From Candidatus Saccharimonadales bacterium (lineage in GTDB: Bacteria; Patescibacteriota; Saccharimonadia; Saccharimonadales; UBA4665): a stretch of DNA of 64,000 nucleotides. The position numbers were made by a program, and so were the translations under genes. The DNA lies in assembly GCA_044228355.1 (NCBI GenBank), contig JBGAVA010000001.1, positions 16,229 to 80,228 on the forward strand. Direction: 5' to 3'. The notes beneath the pieces are model-generated. The model was given only the letters and a program-made list of their open reading frames with translations, had not been told where the DNA came from and ran no database searches. This document shows, piece by piece, positions 1 to 9,791 of the stretch (positions are counted from its first letter, which is position 1; every line of letters starts with the position of its first letter).

Positions 1-1
1 C

Positions 2-559
2 TTTTCGCTGCTCGGGGCGGGCATATTTGGCCCCACCAGCGTCTTCCCGAAGCTCAAAGAGCGCGGTGTCCTTAGACGCTACCATACGACCACACTCAAA
101 GTCTGGCAGTATTTCCTCGGAAATGTCATATCTAACACCTTTGTTGGGCTGATGTCTATCGCCACGATGTTTCTGGTGGGCCTCACGGTGTTCAATCTCA
201 ATATGCGCGGCAACTACCTAGTGCTCGGGCTGCTGGTGTCACTGGGCGCTATCATGCTGTTTGGCATTGGTCTCGCCGTCGGCGGCTGGGCGAAGAACGA
301 GCGTCAGGCCGCACCGCTGGCGCAAATCATCACGTTTCCTATGATGTTCCTCTCTGGTAGCTTTTTCCCGCGCTTCCTCATGCCCGAGTGGCTGCAGGGG
401 ATTACGAACTATCTGCCGCTAACACCGGTGATCGACGCCGCGCGCCTGATAATCACTGAAAACCGTGGCGTGCTGGATCTGCTGCCGCAATTTGGCATCA
501 TCCTCGGCTGGTGCGTCATAGTCTACGCCCTAGCCTTCCGCTTCTTCCGCTGGGAATAA
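2..559 (+). CDS. ABC-2 type transporter permease, C-terminal part (5' end outside window)
   Basis: The frame is open from base 2 with no stop. The translation is multi-TM and hydrophobic, with QIITFPMMFLSGSFFP and LPLTP segments typical of ABC-2 permeases. Confidence 0.6.
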   Translation, partial: FSLLGAGIFGPTSVFPKLKERGVLRRYHTTTLKVWQYFLGNVISNTFVGLMSIATMFLVGLTVFNLNMRGNYLVLGLLVSLGAIMLFGIGLAVGGWAKNERQAAPLAQIITFPMMFLSGSFFPRFLMPEWLQGITNYLPLTPVIDAARLIITENRGVLDLLPQFGIILGWCVIVYALAFRFFRWE

Positions 560-607
560 CAGGGGTAGACTATTGCAAAAAGGATAAAAATATGCTAATG
601 TTTTAGC

Positions 608-2059
608 ATGCCGCCTCGCCCAAAACGACCCCAAGAACCCGACCCGAACCAGGGGGCATTTATTGTGGCCGAAGTTGTTGGCAATGGCGCTCCTGATTCG
701 CAAGATTTTCGTCTGATTGGTCGTGTCGTCGGCATCAAGCCAGACGGTTTTTTCCCAGACCAAACGCCGCTGACAACAGATGCGGCTATTACTCCCGAAG
801 CGCATTTGACTGCCGAGGCTTTAAGGGCGCGGCATACGGCCAATCGTACACGAGCTCAACTAGGTAAACACTCTCCCTTACAGCGGGATGGTACATACAC
901 GACAGTTCTTCCTGGAGACGTTCTTCCTCCTTGTAAAGAATTTGGCAGGGAAAAACCACTCATTGTTACTGAAAGAAATTTCCCAAACGCTAAAAAGTAC
1001 GCGTCCGCACTTGAGAAGAAGCGGCTGGAACGTATTCGGGCGAATCCCACATTTGATACCCTTCGCGTGAGTGATGTTATACAGGTTGTTGCGGACGGAT
1101 TTGATCTTAATACTGCCCTGGATGCTGCTCGTCAAATCCCCAAGCCAGCAGAGGAGCCCAAGGATGAATTACCGAGGTTCAATACCCTAGGTAGTCGTCT
1201 AAAACTTGTTATTGAAGAAGCGGAAGCTGCTCAATTCGTGCCAGCCTCTCGCTCAGAGATAAACGTTGTCTTACCACTTATCGATCATGGCATTCGTGCT
1301 GAAGGGAGTTCTACTCGCGGAGCGACACACAATCACCTACTCGAAACGGAGATTGCTGCGAAGAAGAGTGTTCGAGCTAAAGGTTACAGCACAAGAGTCC
1401 AGGCTTGGTATGCTGATCGTGCAGTAGCGAGTCGCTGTTATGAGATGATAGATTATTTTGAGGATGCAACTGAGTCTGTCTCTGCTGTTAATAATCTCAT
1501 GGAGCAGATTTCTGAACTTTCTAGCGACGAAGAACGCAGAGCATTTATCCGTGGGAACTACCACCCAGCTATGGGAGTAGTCATGCGCCACATAGTGGCA
1601 CATCAGCTTCAGGCCGCCGAAACAGTCGTAGAAGATCTATTCTTCAAACCTATGAGTGCGGTCGAAGATCGGACCATCAAGCTTTCTGAATTGGCCAGTT
1701 CAGGGACGCGAATTGCCGGCAAATTAATTACACCGGCTGAGCTTGAACAGGCACGTAGATTAGTCGAGACCCATGTGAAACAGGGTTCTGGCCAATATAC
1801 CGATAGCGCCCGGACGGCTCGGAACAAGACATTAATTACACCATTTACGAACCCAAATATGCCCGAAGACGTGCGAACGTTTATCCATAAAGCATTCGCC
1901 ACAATGGAGATTGAAGATATTCGCACACTCTTGCCTATTGTGGCTAAATCACAGGAACGAAGAATGACTTTTTGGCGTGCGGCACTCGGTGACATTAGCG
2001 GCAGGTACAAGTCTTTCGTTGAATCTGCCCTTGTTAAGACTAAGGCGCTCGCCTCATAA
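608..2059 (+). CDS. hypothetical protein (483 aa, soluble, no recognised motif)
   Basis: Long ATG-initiated ORF preceded by a TTGCAA-17-TAATGT promoter-like sequence. No shadow ORF of comparable length. Confidence 0.5.
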   Translation: MPPRPKRPQEPDPNQGAFIVAEVVGNGAPDSQDFRLIGRVVGIKPDGFFPDQTPLTTDAAITPEAHLTAEALRARHTANRTRAQLGKHSPLQRDGTYTTVLPGDVLPPCKEFGREKPLIVTERNFPNAKKYASALEKKRLERIRANPTFDTLRVSDVIQVVADGFDLNTALDAARQIPKPAEEPKDELPRFNTLGSRLKLVIEEAEAAQFVPASRSEINVVLPLIDHGIRAEGSSTRGATHNHLLETEIAAKKSVRAKGYSTRVQAWYADRAVASRCYEMIDYFEDATESVSAVNNLMEQISELSSDEERRAFIRGNYHPAMGVVMRHIVAHQLQAAETVVEDLFFKPMSAVEDRTIKLSELASSGTRIAGKLITPAELEQARRLVETHVKQGSGQYTDSARTARNKTLITPFTNPNMPEDVRTFIHKAFATMEIEDIRTLLPIVAKSQERRMTFWRAALGDISGRYKSFVESALVKTKALAS

Positions 2060-2073
2060 CGTACAATAGAACT

Positions 2074-3798
2074 ATGCTATACGGGAGAGATACGAAGCCA
2101 ATATTTATTTTGGCGCCGATGGATGATGTGACCGATACGGTGTTTCGGCAGGTGGTGGCCGGGTGCGCGCCGCCGGATATGTTTTTTACTGAGTTTGTGA
2201 ATGTCGATGGGCTAATGAGCCCAGGCCGGCCGAATCTGCTTAAAAAGCTGCGTTTCGCTGCGGTAGAAGGGAAGGTCATAGCGCAGTTGTGGGGCCTGAA
2301 GCCAGAGAATTTCCAGGCTGTGTGTCAGCAGATTGCCGATGGTTCGCTGGCGCGTGAGCTAGGTTTGCCCGCTGGCGTTAATTTCTACGGTGTCGATCTC
2401 AATATGGGCTGCCCGGCCAAAAGTGAAGTAAAGAACGGCGCCTGCGCAGCGCTGATTCGCAGCGAAAACCGCGAGCTGGCCGGTCAAATCATCGCCGCCG
2501 CGCACGAGGGTCTGGCCGGTCGCTTGCCGCTCAGCGTCAAAACGCGCACTGGTTTCAGCGCCGTCGATATGACATGGTTCGATTTCTTGCTGCGCCAAAA
2601 CCTGGACATGCTCACCGTCCACGGCCGTACCCGAAAGCAAATGAGCAAAGTCCCGGCCGACTGGGAGCTCATCGGCCGTGTGCGCGAAATGCGTGACGAG
2701 CTGGGCGCGAAAACCCTCATTGTCGGCAACGGCGACGTTATGAGCCGCGGGCAGGGCGAAGCCCTCGCCAAACAGTACAAACTAGATGGCATCATGATCG
2801 GCCGCGGCATATTTCACAATATTTTCCTCTATTCCAAGGACGGACCTTGGAAATGGGGAAAATGTGGTGAAGTAGAGAGAATTGAGCTGTTTCGGAAGCA
2901 TGTGGAGCTTTTTGCCGAAACATGGAAAAAGGGTGAGCGGCCCATCCACACCCTAAACAAATTCTGCAAAATGTACATCCAGGGTTTCGACGGCGCCTCT
3001 TCCCTGCGCGCCGCACTCATGCTGGCTCGTTCGACAGACGAAATACTCGAGCTGCTAAACAACCATGAACGTTCAGCGCATATGGTTGCTTCGTCGTCCT
3101 CAACTCCGTATGATGATGAGATGAGCAATATAAAAGCAATTGTATTTGACAGCGATGGCACCGTGCTTGATACCCGAGAACTTATCCTGGAAGGTTATAA
3201 AACAGTCCTTAAGAAGCATGGTCTGGAGCATTTGGCGAGCGATCATTACATTCGCCAGCGCCTCGGTAAGCCTGTACCCGAAACGTACGAGCAGATTATC
3301 GCAGGTCATCATTCATCGCTGACCATCCAAGAGCTCGCCGCTGAGCATGACGAGGCGCAAAATGCACTGGTGCACCTGATAAAGCCCTATCCTCATACCG
3401 AACAAATACTGCGTGTTTGGAAAAACAAGGGTATAAAACTGTGCTTATTTACCTCTGGGAAGCGGATGATGATTGAGCGCAACTTTGCGGGCGCGGGCAT
3501 GCCAAATCCATACGAACTTTTTGACGCAATAGTGACTGCCGATGATGACATGGCTCATAAACCGGAACCAGATGCCATTAGGGAGTTACTGAAGCGTGTC
3601 GATGTGGCGCCGCAACACGCCGTGGTCGTTGGTGATCATGCGTACGATATCCTCGCGGCAAAACGCGCAGAAGTAGCTCTGAAGATAGGTGTTCTACACG
3701 GTTTTGGTACTTCGCATGAGCTACTCACCGCAGGAGCAGATTTTCTGGCAGATGGGCTGGACAGCCTGAATCACCTAATGAACTTCGCAACAAATTAG
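2074..3798 (+). CDS. tRNA-dihydrouridine synthase (Dus) fused to a C-terminal HAD-superfamily phosphatase domain
   Basis: The N-terminal roughly 330 aa carry APMDDVTD and the catalytic-Cys loop LNMGCPA of the Dus family. After an SSSSTPYDDE linker come the HAD motif I IVFDSDGTVLDT and motif IV VVVGDHAYD. There is no stop between the two halves. Confidence 0.75.
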   Translation: MLYGRDTKPIFILAPMDDVTDTVFRQVVAGCAPPDMFFTEFVNVDGLMSPGRPNLLKKLRFAAVEGKVIAQLWGLKPENFQAVCQQIADGSLARELGLPAGVNFYGVDLNMGCPAKSEVKNGACAALIRSENRELAGQIIAAAHEGLAGRLPLSVKTRTGFSAVDMTWFDFLLRQNLDMLTVHGRTRKQMSKVPADWELIGRVREMRDELGAKTLIVGNGDVMSRGQGEALAKQYKLDGIMIGRGIFHNIFLYSKDGPWKWGKCGEVERIELFRKHVELFAETWKKGERPIHTLNKFCKMYIQGFDGASSLRAALMLARSTDEILELLNNHERSAHMVASSSSTPYDDEMSNIKAIVFDSDGTVLDTRELILEGYKTVLKKHGLEHLASDHYIRQRLGKPVPETYEQIIAGHHSSLTIQELAAEHDEAQNALVHLIKPYPHTEQILRVWKNKGIKLCLFTSGKRMMIERNFAGAGMPNPYELFDAIVTADDDMAHKPEPDAIRELLKRVDVAPQHAVVVGDHAYDILAAKRAEVALKIGVLHGFGTSHELLTAGADFLADGLDSLNHLMNFATN

Positions 3799-3807
3799 GA
3801 GGATCGG

Positions 3808-4650
3808 ATGACAAATGTGGCGGTGCTGGGACTGGGGATTATGGGGCATGGGATTGCTGATAATTTTTTGAAGCATGATTACCATGTGTCGGTGTGGAAT
3901 CGTTCGCCGCAGAAGGCAGATGACCTCGTGGCACGCGGAGCGCGCCGGGCCGACAGTGTGGCAGATGCGGTGCAGGGTGCAGAACTTGTCTTTGAGGTGA
4001 CGGCAAATGACGAATCCGCCCGCGAAGTATGGCTCGGTGCGGACGGCATACTCGCCCACGCCACCACAAACCAAACGCTCATTACCTGCGCGACGCTTTC
4101 GGTCGACTGCGTGGATGAGCTGGCACGGGCTTGCGCCGAAAAAGGCTTCACGTTCTTCGACATGCCCATGACCGGCAGTCGGGCGGGCGCCGAGAGCGGT
4201 ACCCTGGTACTTTTGGCTGGCGGTGACCAGCAAAAACTGGATGAGGTGAAGCCGCATCTGGAAAATATCGCATCCCAGGTGAAATACTTCGGTCCGGCTG
4301 GCCACGGCATGCGCGTGAAACTGGTGCTGAACTGCTTGCAGGCGGTACACTTGGCGGGTTTTGGCGAGGCCATGCGGCTGGCGAAGGCCATGGGGCTTGG
4401 TGAAAAACAAACGGCTGAAATGCTCTGCGAGAAACCCGGCGGCGCTACGACACAGATGGCTTGGCGCGACTATCAGAACCACCCGGACCCTATCAATTTT
4501 GCGGTCGAACTCATCGCCAAAGACGAAACGTATGCCCTGCGTACTATAGACTCTTCCCAAACACCGCTCATAGCTTCGACGCTTGCGACCTACCAAGCAG
4601 CCATCGCCGAGGGTCGCGGCGATGAAGATTGGACGGTCGTGACGAAATGA
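3808..4650 (+). CDS. NAD(P)-dependent beta-hydroxyacid dehydrogenase (3-hydroxyisobutyrate/6-phosphogluconate dehydrogenase-like)
   Basis: N-terminal Rossmann motif VAVLGLGIMGHGIA followed by a 6PGDH-type NAD-binding layout. The long antisense ORF 3775..4596 is a shadow. Confidence 0.75.
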   Translation: MTNVAVLGLGIMGHGIADNFLKHDYHVSVWNRSPQKADDLVARGARRADSVADAVQGAELVFEVTANDESAREVWLGADGILAHATTNQTLITCATLSVDCVDELARACAEKGFTFFDMPMTGSRAGAESGTLVLLAGGDQQKLDEVKPHLENIASQVKYFGPAGHGMRVKLVLNCLQAVHLAGFGEAMRLAKAMGLGEKQTAEMLCEKPGGATTQMAWRDYQNHPDPINFAVELIAKDETYALRTIDSSQTPLIASTLATYQAAIAEGRGDEDWTVVTK

Positions 4651-5222
4651 TAAAAGCTATCATTTTCGACTGTTTTGGGGTGCTGGTAGGGAAAGGCATA
4701 TGGCGTACATATGAGGTCGCAGGCGGCAATGTAGACAAAGACAAGGCATTTCTTGACGATATTATCTACAAAGAGTGCGCCGGTGAAATAGATGAAACAA
4801 CGTATAACCAAGCCTTTGCAGATAAGCTCGGCTTGTCTGTAGACGCCTGGTTGGCTATAAAAAATCGCGAAGAACAGCCTAACCTGGAACTGTTTGATTA
4901 TATTCGCGCATGGCTAAAACCACAGTACAAAATTGGCTTCCTGAGCAATGTTAATAAGGGTGTTATAGAACGACTCATCCCGGCCGAGCTACGGGAACTG
5001 TTTGATGCCGAGATTCGCTCGGCTGAGGCCGGTTTCCAAAAACCCGACCCGCGTATCTATGAACTTATGTTGCAAAAACTCGCTGTATCGGCCGAAGAGG
5101 CTGTCTTTATCGATGACCATGAGGAATATCTGGTCGGCGCCCGGTCTATCGGGATATCAACCATTCAGTACACAGGATTTGATGATTTCCGGGCCGAACT
5201 CGAGACGCTCCTGGCCCGCTAG
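4647..5222 (+). CDS. HAD-superfamily hydrolase
   Basis: Motif I IIFDCFGVLV directly after Met7 of the listed ORF. The ATGA overlap with the upstream stop supports a start at 4647. DDHEEY resembles motif IV. Confidence 0.7.
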   Translation: MIKAIIFDCFGVLVGKGIWRTYEVAGGNVDKDKAFLDDIIYKECAGEIDETTYNQAFADKLGLSVDAWLAIKNREEQPNLELFDYIRAWLKPQYKIGFLSNVNKGVIERLIPAELRELFDAEIRSAEAGFQKPDPRIYELMLQKLAVSAEEAVFIDDHEEYLVGARSIGISTIQYTGFDDFRAELETLLAR

Positions 5223-6100
5223 AAGATGCGTTTTTTGCGGCCGATGGCGTAGGCAGTGAGCACGGTAAGCAAACAGACAAGCATCAGACCGGCAAAAGCT
5301 TTCGTATTGTGCTGCTCGGGCAGGCCGATATTCATGCCGTACATGCTGAAAAACATGGTAGGTATGGAAATAAACACGCTCACCATGGTGAGTATCTTTA
5401 TGGTGCGGTCGAGGTTGTGCGAGCCTATGAGCGTGTAGGTGCGCCGGATGGATGTAAGTGATTTTAGGTTTGATTCGCACGTTTGGATGGACTGCTCATT
5501 GTTGAGAATGACGGTGTCTACCAGATCGCGGTGGGCCGCAAACCCGGGCACGGCGCTGTCATTCAGCAGGTGGCGCAGCGCTGCATTTGTGGGGACGAGC
5601 GAGCTTAAGAAGTCGTTCATGTCATCTTCTATGTGGACAAAGCGGATGAACGAGCGCGGTCCGACCGAACGAGTGCCCAACCGCTCAAGTAACCGGCGGA
5701 TTTGCTTGCTTGAATCGTGGATGAAGCGGTCGTAGTCGGCATCTATCTTGAGAAGTATGAGAAGCATGAGGTGTACCGGGTCGTCACCGTCGCCGTCGCT
5801 GGCATCTTCCGGCAGAATGTCTTTGATGCTCGGCAGTTTTTCCAGGCTGACGGTAACGAGCCGCTCGCTGTCGAGCGCAAACAGGATCGGCGCCGTTTCT
5901 ATACCGCCCTCACTAGTTTGGTAGGCGAAGCGGGTGATGATGTAGGTGTGCCGGTGCTTGCCGGTGGTTTCGACGCGGGGGATTTCATCGCGGTCGAGGG
6001 CATCGCGCACGAACCGTTCCGAAAGCTGGTACTGCTCACACAGGAGCTTTATTTCGTGTTCGCTGGGCGCCTCGGCGTGTACCCAAATATTACGCTGCAT
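5219..6100 (-). CDS. corA: CorA-family magnesium/cobalt transporter
   Basis: C-terminal two-TM region carries the signature YGMNIGLPE (GMN motif). Confidence 0.75.
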   Translation of the reverse strand: MQRNIWVHAEAPSEHEIKLLCEQYQLSERFVRDALDRDEIPRVETTGKHRHTYIITRFAYQTSEGGIETAPILFALDSERLVTVSLEKLPSIKDILPEDASDGDGDDPVHLMLLILLKIDADYDRFIHDSSKQIRRLLERLGTRSVGPRSFIRFVHIEDDMNDFLSSLVPTNAALRHLLNDSAVPGFAAHRDLVDTVILNNEQSIQTCESNLKSLTSIRRTYTLIGSHNLDRTIKILTMVSVFISIPTMFFSMYGMNIGLPEQHNTKAFAGLMLVCLLTVLTAYAIGRKKRIF

Positions 6101-6235
6101 ACGTGTAGTATAACGCGCTTATGGCAAAACGAACATGGCATCGGGCCTACGCCCGGATCCAGCATTATCGTCAAGGAGTATTATCAATCCGCGTTTCCTG
6201 CGGGGCATACAAGGAGGTGGATACAAAATCTTTTA

Positions 6236-6311
6236 TGGTGGGGGCGGTAGGACTTGAACCTACGACCAATCAGTTATGAGCCGACTGCTCTAACCACTGA
6301 GCTACGCCCCC
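6236..6311 (-). tRNA. tRNA with CAT anticodon (elongator Met or Ile2/lysidine), CCA encoded
   Basis: The reverse complement reads GGGGGCGTAGCTCAGTGGTTAGAGCAGTCGGCTCATAACTGATTGGTCGTAGGTTCAAGTCCTACCGCCCCCACCA. It has a 7-bp acceptor stem, a canonical D and T loop, and the anticodon loop CTCATAA. Confidence 0.9.
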
Positions 6312-6416
6312 ATGAACTTTGCTTGTAAATGACCAATCTGCCGTGCTTGTCGCTGGCGGCGCAATCTGTCACCGAACAGATTATAGCAGATTTCACAGGG
6401 GTGGTATACTACCTGT

Positions 6417-6887
6417 GTGAAGATCAAGACAAATATAGTAGATATATGGCAGCGTTACGAAGAGCCGGTGAAGGCATATGTGCTGTCTATGCGCGATGTG
6501 CGGAACGTGGGTTCTCTGGCATTTGTGGTGCTGGTGCTGCTCATAAGCTGGAGCGGCGTGAAGGCTATAGAGACGAATTACAAACTGCAGCAAGAAGTTT
6601 CTCGCCTGCAGGAACAAAACGAAGTGAAAAAACTGCAGAACCAGAATAAAAAACTAGAAAACCAGTACTACACCACGCCGCAGTACCGCGAGGTAACGGC
6701 CCGCCAGAACTTTGGTCTGGCCGCACCTGGTGAAACTGTGCTGCTGGTACCGAAAGACGTGGCCTTGGCCCACACGGTTTCTATGCCAGACGAAAAAAAG
6801 GGTTCAGCCCCAGCCAAAAAGAAACCATTCTACCAGCAAAACTTTGAGGCATGGATGGACTTTTTCTTTCACCGCGCGCCTAACTAG
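6417..6887 (+). CDS. FtsB/DivIC-like septum formation initiator (single TM plus coiled coil)
   Basis: A TM helix (LAFVVLVLLISW) is followed by the coiled coil YKLQQEVSRLQEQNEVKKLQNQNKKLENQ and a YREVTARQNFGL box typical of the family. GTG start. Confidence 0.55.
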   Translation: MKIKTNIVDIWQRYEEPVKAYVLSMRDVRNVGSLAFVVLVLLISWSGVKAIETNYKLQQEVSRLQEQNEVKKLQNQNKKLENQYYTTPQYREVTARQNFGLAAPGETVLLVPKDVALAHTVSMPDEKKGSAPAKKKPFYQQNFEAWMDFFFHRAPN

Positions 6888-7070
6888 AGACGACCGCCAC
6901 CTAAAAAACGGGTTTTTAGCAGCCTCTTCATACGCAGAAATAGTTTACTCTTTATCACGATCGTGAGAATTAGTAAACTGGTTCGTTACGATTATTTTTT
7001 GGGAAATCATACCCCAAGTGCTGATTTGGATAGGGTTTTAGAGCAGATTTGACATACGGTGACACCTCTG

Positions 7071-7099
7071 TTAAACTTGTGTATAACGTATTGTATAAT
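7071..7099 (+). promoter_or_regulatory. sigma70-like promoter for initiator tRNA (TTAAAC-17-TATAAT)
   Basis: TTAAAC at 7071-7076 and TATAAT at 7094-7099, with a 17-nt spacer. The tRNA 5' end lies 12 nt downstream. Confidence 0.5.
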
Positions 7100-7110
7100 C
7101 GTTCAGATGC

Positions 7111-7185
7111 CGCGGGATGGAGCAGCGGCAGCTCGCATGGCTCATAACCATGAGGTCCCAGGTTCGAGTCCTGGTCCCGCAACCA
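7111..7185 (+). tRNA. initiator tRNA-fMet (CAT), CCA encoded
   Basis: CGCGGGATGGAGCAGCGGCAGCTCGCATGGCTCATAACCATGAGGTCCCAGGTTCGAGTCCTGGTCCCGCAACCA. The C1:A72 mismatch and the CGCGGG acceptor stem are typical of bacterial initiator tRNA. Confidence 0.9.
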
Positions 7186-7186
7186 A

Positions 7187-7222
7187 GTTAAAACCCCAGT
7201 GCAAACTGGGGTTTTAACTTGG
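7187..7222 (+). terminator. intrinsic terminator hairpin after tRNA-fMet
   Basis: The GTTAAAACCCCAGT / ACTGGGGTTTTAAC stem has a GCAA loop and a T-rich 3' side. Confidence 0.65.
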
Positions 7223-7280
7223 TATTGGCCAAGCCTCGAATCTGGGACCAGCAGCAAAGCAGATGCGTAGGTCCCTGGTA

Positions 7281-8048
7281 CTATGGATGCGACAAGTATT
7301 TCTTGAAGAACTCCACCGTTACGTTATTTATGGCCGGGAGGGCTTCGGGGTCGCGTTTGTAGCCGTGGGTTGTGTCGAACTCTAGATACTGCGTGGGCTG
7401 AGGTGCCAGCTCGGCCATGGCTCTAACACTTTCGGGCGTGACGTCTGTATCACGCGAGCCGGCGACGAACAGGGAGGGTATGTGCAGCTTTGGCGTTTCG
7501 TCGAGAGCGTTGTACTGCGCTCGGTCGGTCAGGAAGCTGTAGGGCAGTCGGATTTCCGGGAACCGGCCGTTGCCGAATGTCGCCCAGCCAGTCTCGCGCC
7601 ACACTTTTTCGGCACTTGGTTCCATCACTTTCCACCCAGAAGAGGGCTGGCAGCAACACACGGCTTTGATGGCCGGGTAACGTACAGCGGATGCCAATGC
7701 GACGAAACCGCCCATGCTGTGACCCCATATAGCGATGCGCTCTGGGTCAATCCCAGGTGAAATCTGTGCCCAACTGAGCACATCTGCTACCGCCGCAATG
7801 TAGTTTGTCATGGTGTAATCTTTTTCAAACGTGCCCTCGGACTCCCCAGAGCCCGGCGCATCGATCCGCAGCGCAGCGATGCCCGCTTTCACCAGCTCCT
7901 CGGCCAGTGCCTCTATATGCGCCTCTTCCTTCCACCCTGTAAACCCATGCAGCAGTATTACCAGGGGAAAAGACTCCGCACTGGGCGCACGAAGCAACCC
8001 AATAAGGTGCAAACCTGACTGTGTCTGTATGGTAACGCGCTGTTCCAT
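7281..8048 (-). CDS. alpha/beta hydrolase (serine hydrolase, dienelactone hydrolase / peptidase S9-like)
   Basis: LLHGFTG oxyanion region and nucleophile elbow GHSMGG, with a C-terminal His region. Confidence 0.7.
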   Translation of the reverse strand: MEQRVTIQTQSGLHLIGLLRAPSAESFPLVILLHGFTGWKEEAHIEALAEELVKAGIAALRIDAPGSGESEGTFEKDYTMTNYIAAVADVLSWAQISPGIDPERIAIWGHSMGGFVALASAVRYPAIKAVCCCQPSSGWKVMEPSAEKVWRETGWATFGNGRFPEIRLPYSFLTDRAQYNALDETPKLHIPSLFVAGSRDTDVTPESVRAMAELAPQPTQYLEFDTTHGYKRDPEALPAINNVTVEFFKKYLSHP

Positions 8049-8098
8049 GCTGTCAGTATAGACTACATTTCTCCAACCGGGGCTGTTATGATGAAGCC

Positions 8099-8854
8099 AT
8101 GAAGTACAAGCTACTCTTACTCGACATAGACGGAACGCTTACCAAATCGAAGCAGCATGCCCTACCAAGTGAAGTAGTATGCAATGCGGTTTCTAACGCT
8201 CAAACTAAGCTTCATGTCGCGGTTGCTACCGGGCGACCGTTTAGTTTTGCCGAACCTGTCGTGGCAGTACTACGGTTACGCGGTGTCAGCCTATTTAACG
8301 GGGGTGCCGAAATCGTTGACACGGTATCGAAGGAAGTACTGAAACGCACCCAGCTAGAAGTCGAAACACTTCAGGAGCTTGTCCGTCTCGCGCTCCCATT
8401 TGGATACGAGGTCTTCACTGACTCAGACCAGTATACGAAATCGCTGACCTCATCGGACCAGATTCGTGAACCGGCCGCAAAACTATTTATCCACGCCGTC
8501 CGGAACGCAGACGCGCTCCATCTGCTCGCGCAGCTCAACGGTGTGCCTGGCGCGGAAGCGCACCCAACAACGTCATGGGAAGACGGGGATGTCGTGGACA
8601 TACATATTACTCATGAGTTTGCCACAAAACGACATGGCGCCGAGGAGCTAATCGCTATGCTAGGGGTGAAGAAGGAAGAGGTCATAGCCGTTGGCGATGG
8701 CTATAATGATGTGCCGCTGCTGGAGGCGGCCGGGCTAAAGGTTGCTATGGGCAATGCCCCCGAGGAAGTTAAGCAACTGGCCGACTACGTTGCGCCATCA
8801 CTGGCCGATGACGGTGTTGCTGAAGTCATAAACCGGTTCGTACTGAGCACATAG
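8099..8854 (+). CDS. Cof-type HAD-IIB phosphatase
   Basis: Motif I LLLLDIDGTL, motif IV GDGYNDVPLL, and a cap domain between them. Confidence 0.75.
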   Translation: MKYKLLLLDIDGTLTKSKQHALPSEVVCNAVSNAQTKLHVAVATGRPFSFAEPVVAVLRLRGVSLFNGGAEIVDTVSKEVLKRTQLEVETLQELVRLALPFGYEVFTDSDQYTKSLTSSDQIREPAAKLFIHAVRNADALHLLAQLNGVPGAEAHPTTSWEDGDVVDIHITHEFATKRHGAEELIAMLGVKKEEVIAVGDGYNDVPLLEAAGLKVAMGNAPEEVKQLADYVAPSLADDGVAEVINRFVLST

Positions 8855-9775
8855 TTGCATTATGCGAGAGCTTCGGGACATAATAGGCTTGTGCAGCCTA
8901 CAAGCGACTCGCCCAACCAGCAAAAACCCACCACATCTCCTCAGGGGCCGGTTAGCATCGAACCGAGTGTAGCCCGCAAACTAGCTGCTTCGTTACGTGT
9001 ATCGCACGGTGTCAATGCCCTGGCTGTCTATATGGTAATTGGCGTCATCGGAGGCGCGGGTTTGTTTATACTGCGGGCATCGCAAACCGGTACGCACACC
9101 ACCATACAGAGTTCCACTGTCACAAAAGACGGTACTTCGCAACATGGCTCCACGGCCGTCCCGGGCGCTCCTGCCGATTCTTCGCCCGAGCAAACGACGC
9201 CAGCACCTACTTCGGTGCAATCTTCAAAACCGTCGCCCACTACGCAATCGCCCCCAACCACTCAGCCGTCACCCGCAGCCACCCCAACGCCTACGGCCAA
9301 TTGTCTTCCCGCAAACCCGTCACAGTACGATCTGTATTATATAAAGATGACAAATTCGCAGTATCTTAGCACAAACGGCTACGCTGACACAAACAAACTA
9401 TATGATGGTTTAAAATTTGCTGGCCTGCTCGGCACTATCGACACAAAACAGTACAGTGTCCTTGCCGTCTCGGATGGTACGTGGGGGAAGCTATCGCCCC
9501 AGCAAATAGCCTGGATGAACGCCAGCTCGCAGAACATGCGCTCTGTACTCGGCTGGCAAGTCATCACCAGCTGTATAACGTACAAAGGCGTGAATGCTAC
9601 GAAAGACTTGCCTATCGGCACAACAAAAGTGGTAAATACTCTAAATGGTTCCATCACGTTTACCGCGGACAGTATGGGTAAGTTTGAAACCGCCCCAGTA
9701 TATATATGGGATTGGTACACCAGCAATGGTGTTGTGACTTTCTCGGATTTTGTAAAGCCGCCGCAGGTTCAGTAG
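8855..9775 (+). CDS. membrane-anchored extracellular protein with Pro/Thr/Ser-rich linker and possible fasciclin (FAS1)-like C-terminal domain
   Basis: TM helix ALAVYMVIGVIGGAGLFIL, then a low-complexity PTTQSPPTTQPSPAATPTPT linker. The C-terminus ends with SNGVVTFSDFVKPP, which resembles the FAS1 NGVIHxID motif. The listed start is TTG, and the true start is uncertain. Confidence 0.45.
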   Translation: MHYARASGHNRLVQPTSDSPNQQKPTTSPQGPVSIEPSVARKLAASLRVSHGVNALAVYMVIGVIGGAGLFILRASQTGTHTTIQSSTVTKDGTSQHGSTAVPGAPADSSPEQTTPAPTSVQSSKPSPTTQSPPTTQPSPAATPTPTANCLPANPSQYDLYYIKMTNSQYLSTNGYADTNKLYDGLKFAGLLGTIDTKQYSVLAVSDGTWGKLSPQQIAWMNASSQNMRSVLGWQVITSCITYKGVNATKDLPIGTTKVVNTLNGSITFTADSMGKFETAPVYIWDWYTSNGVVTFSDFVKPPQVQ

Positions 9776-9791
9776 CTGGTATGGGTTGCCT

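Noticed and set aside
3775-4596. 273-aa minus-strand ORF. Similar long antisense ORFs occur at 40049..40810, 27849..28436, 28830..29498, 30736..31434, 52681..53352, 25414..25995 and 55077..55637.
   Set aside because: All lie antisense to genes with unambiguous family motifs (dehydrogenase, DnaK, T4CP-like ATPase, MurJ, the large membrane protein, FtsH and DnaJ). Their compositions are Arg/His/Cys-rich shadow-frame compositions.
6970-7257. 95-aa minus-strand ORF
   Set aside because: It is entirely antisense to the initiator tRNA, its promoter and its terminator.
7751-7762. The exact 12-mer copies inside the alpha/beta hydrolase (7751) and serA (61708) coding regions, considered as insertions of the full repeat element
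   Set aside because: Only the 12-mer (encoding x-S-P-G) is present there. The second box and the GGAAATAACAG core are absent, and the proteins show no extra loop. They count toward word over-representation but not as element insertions.
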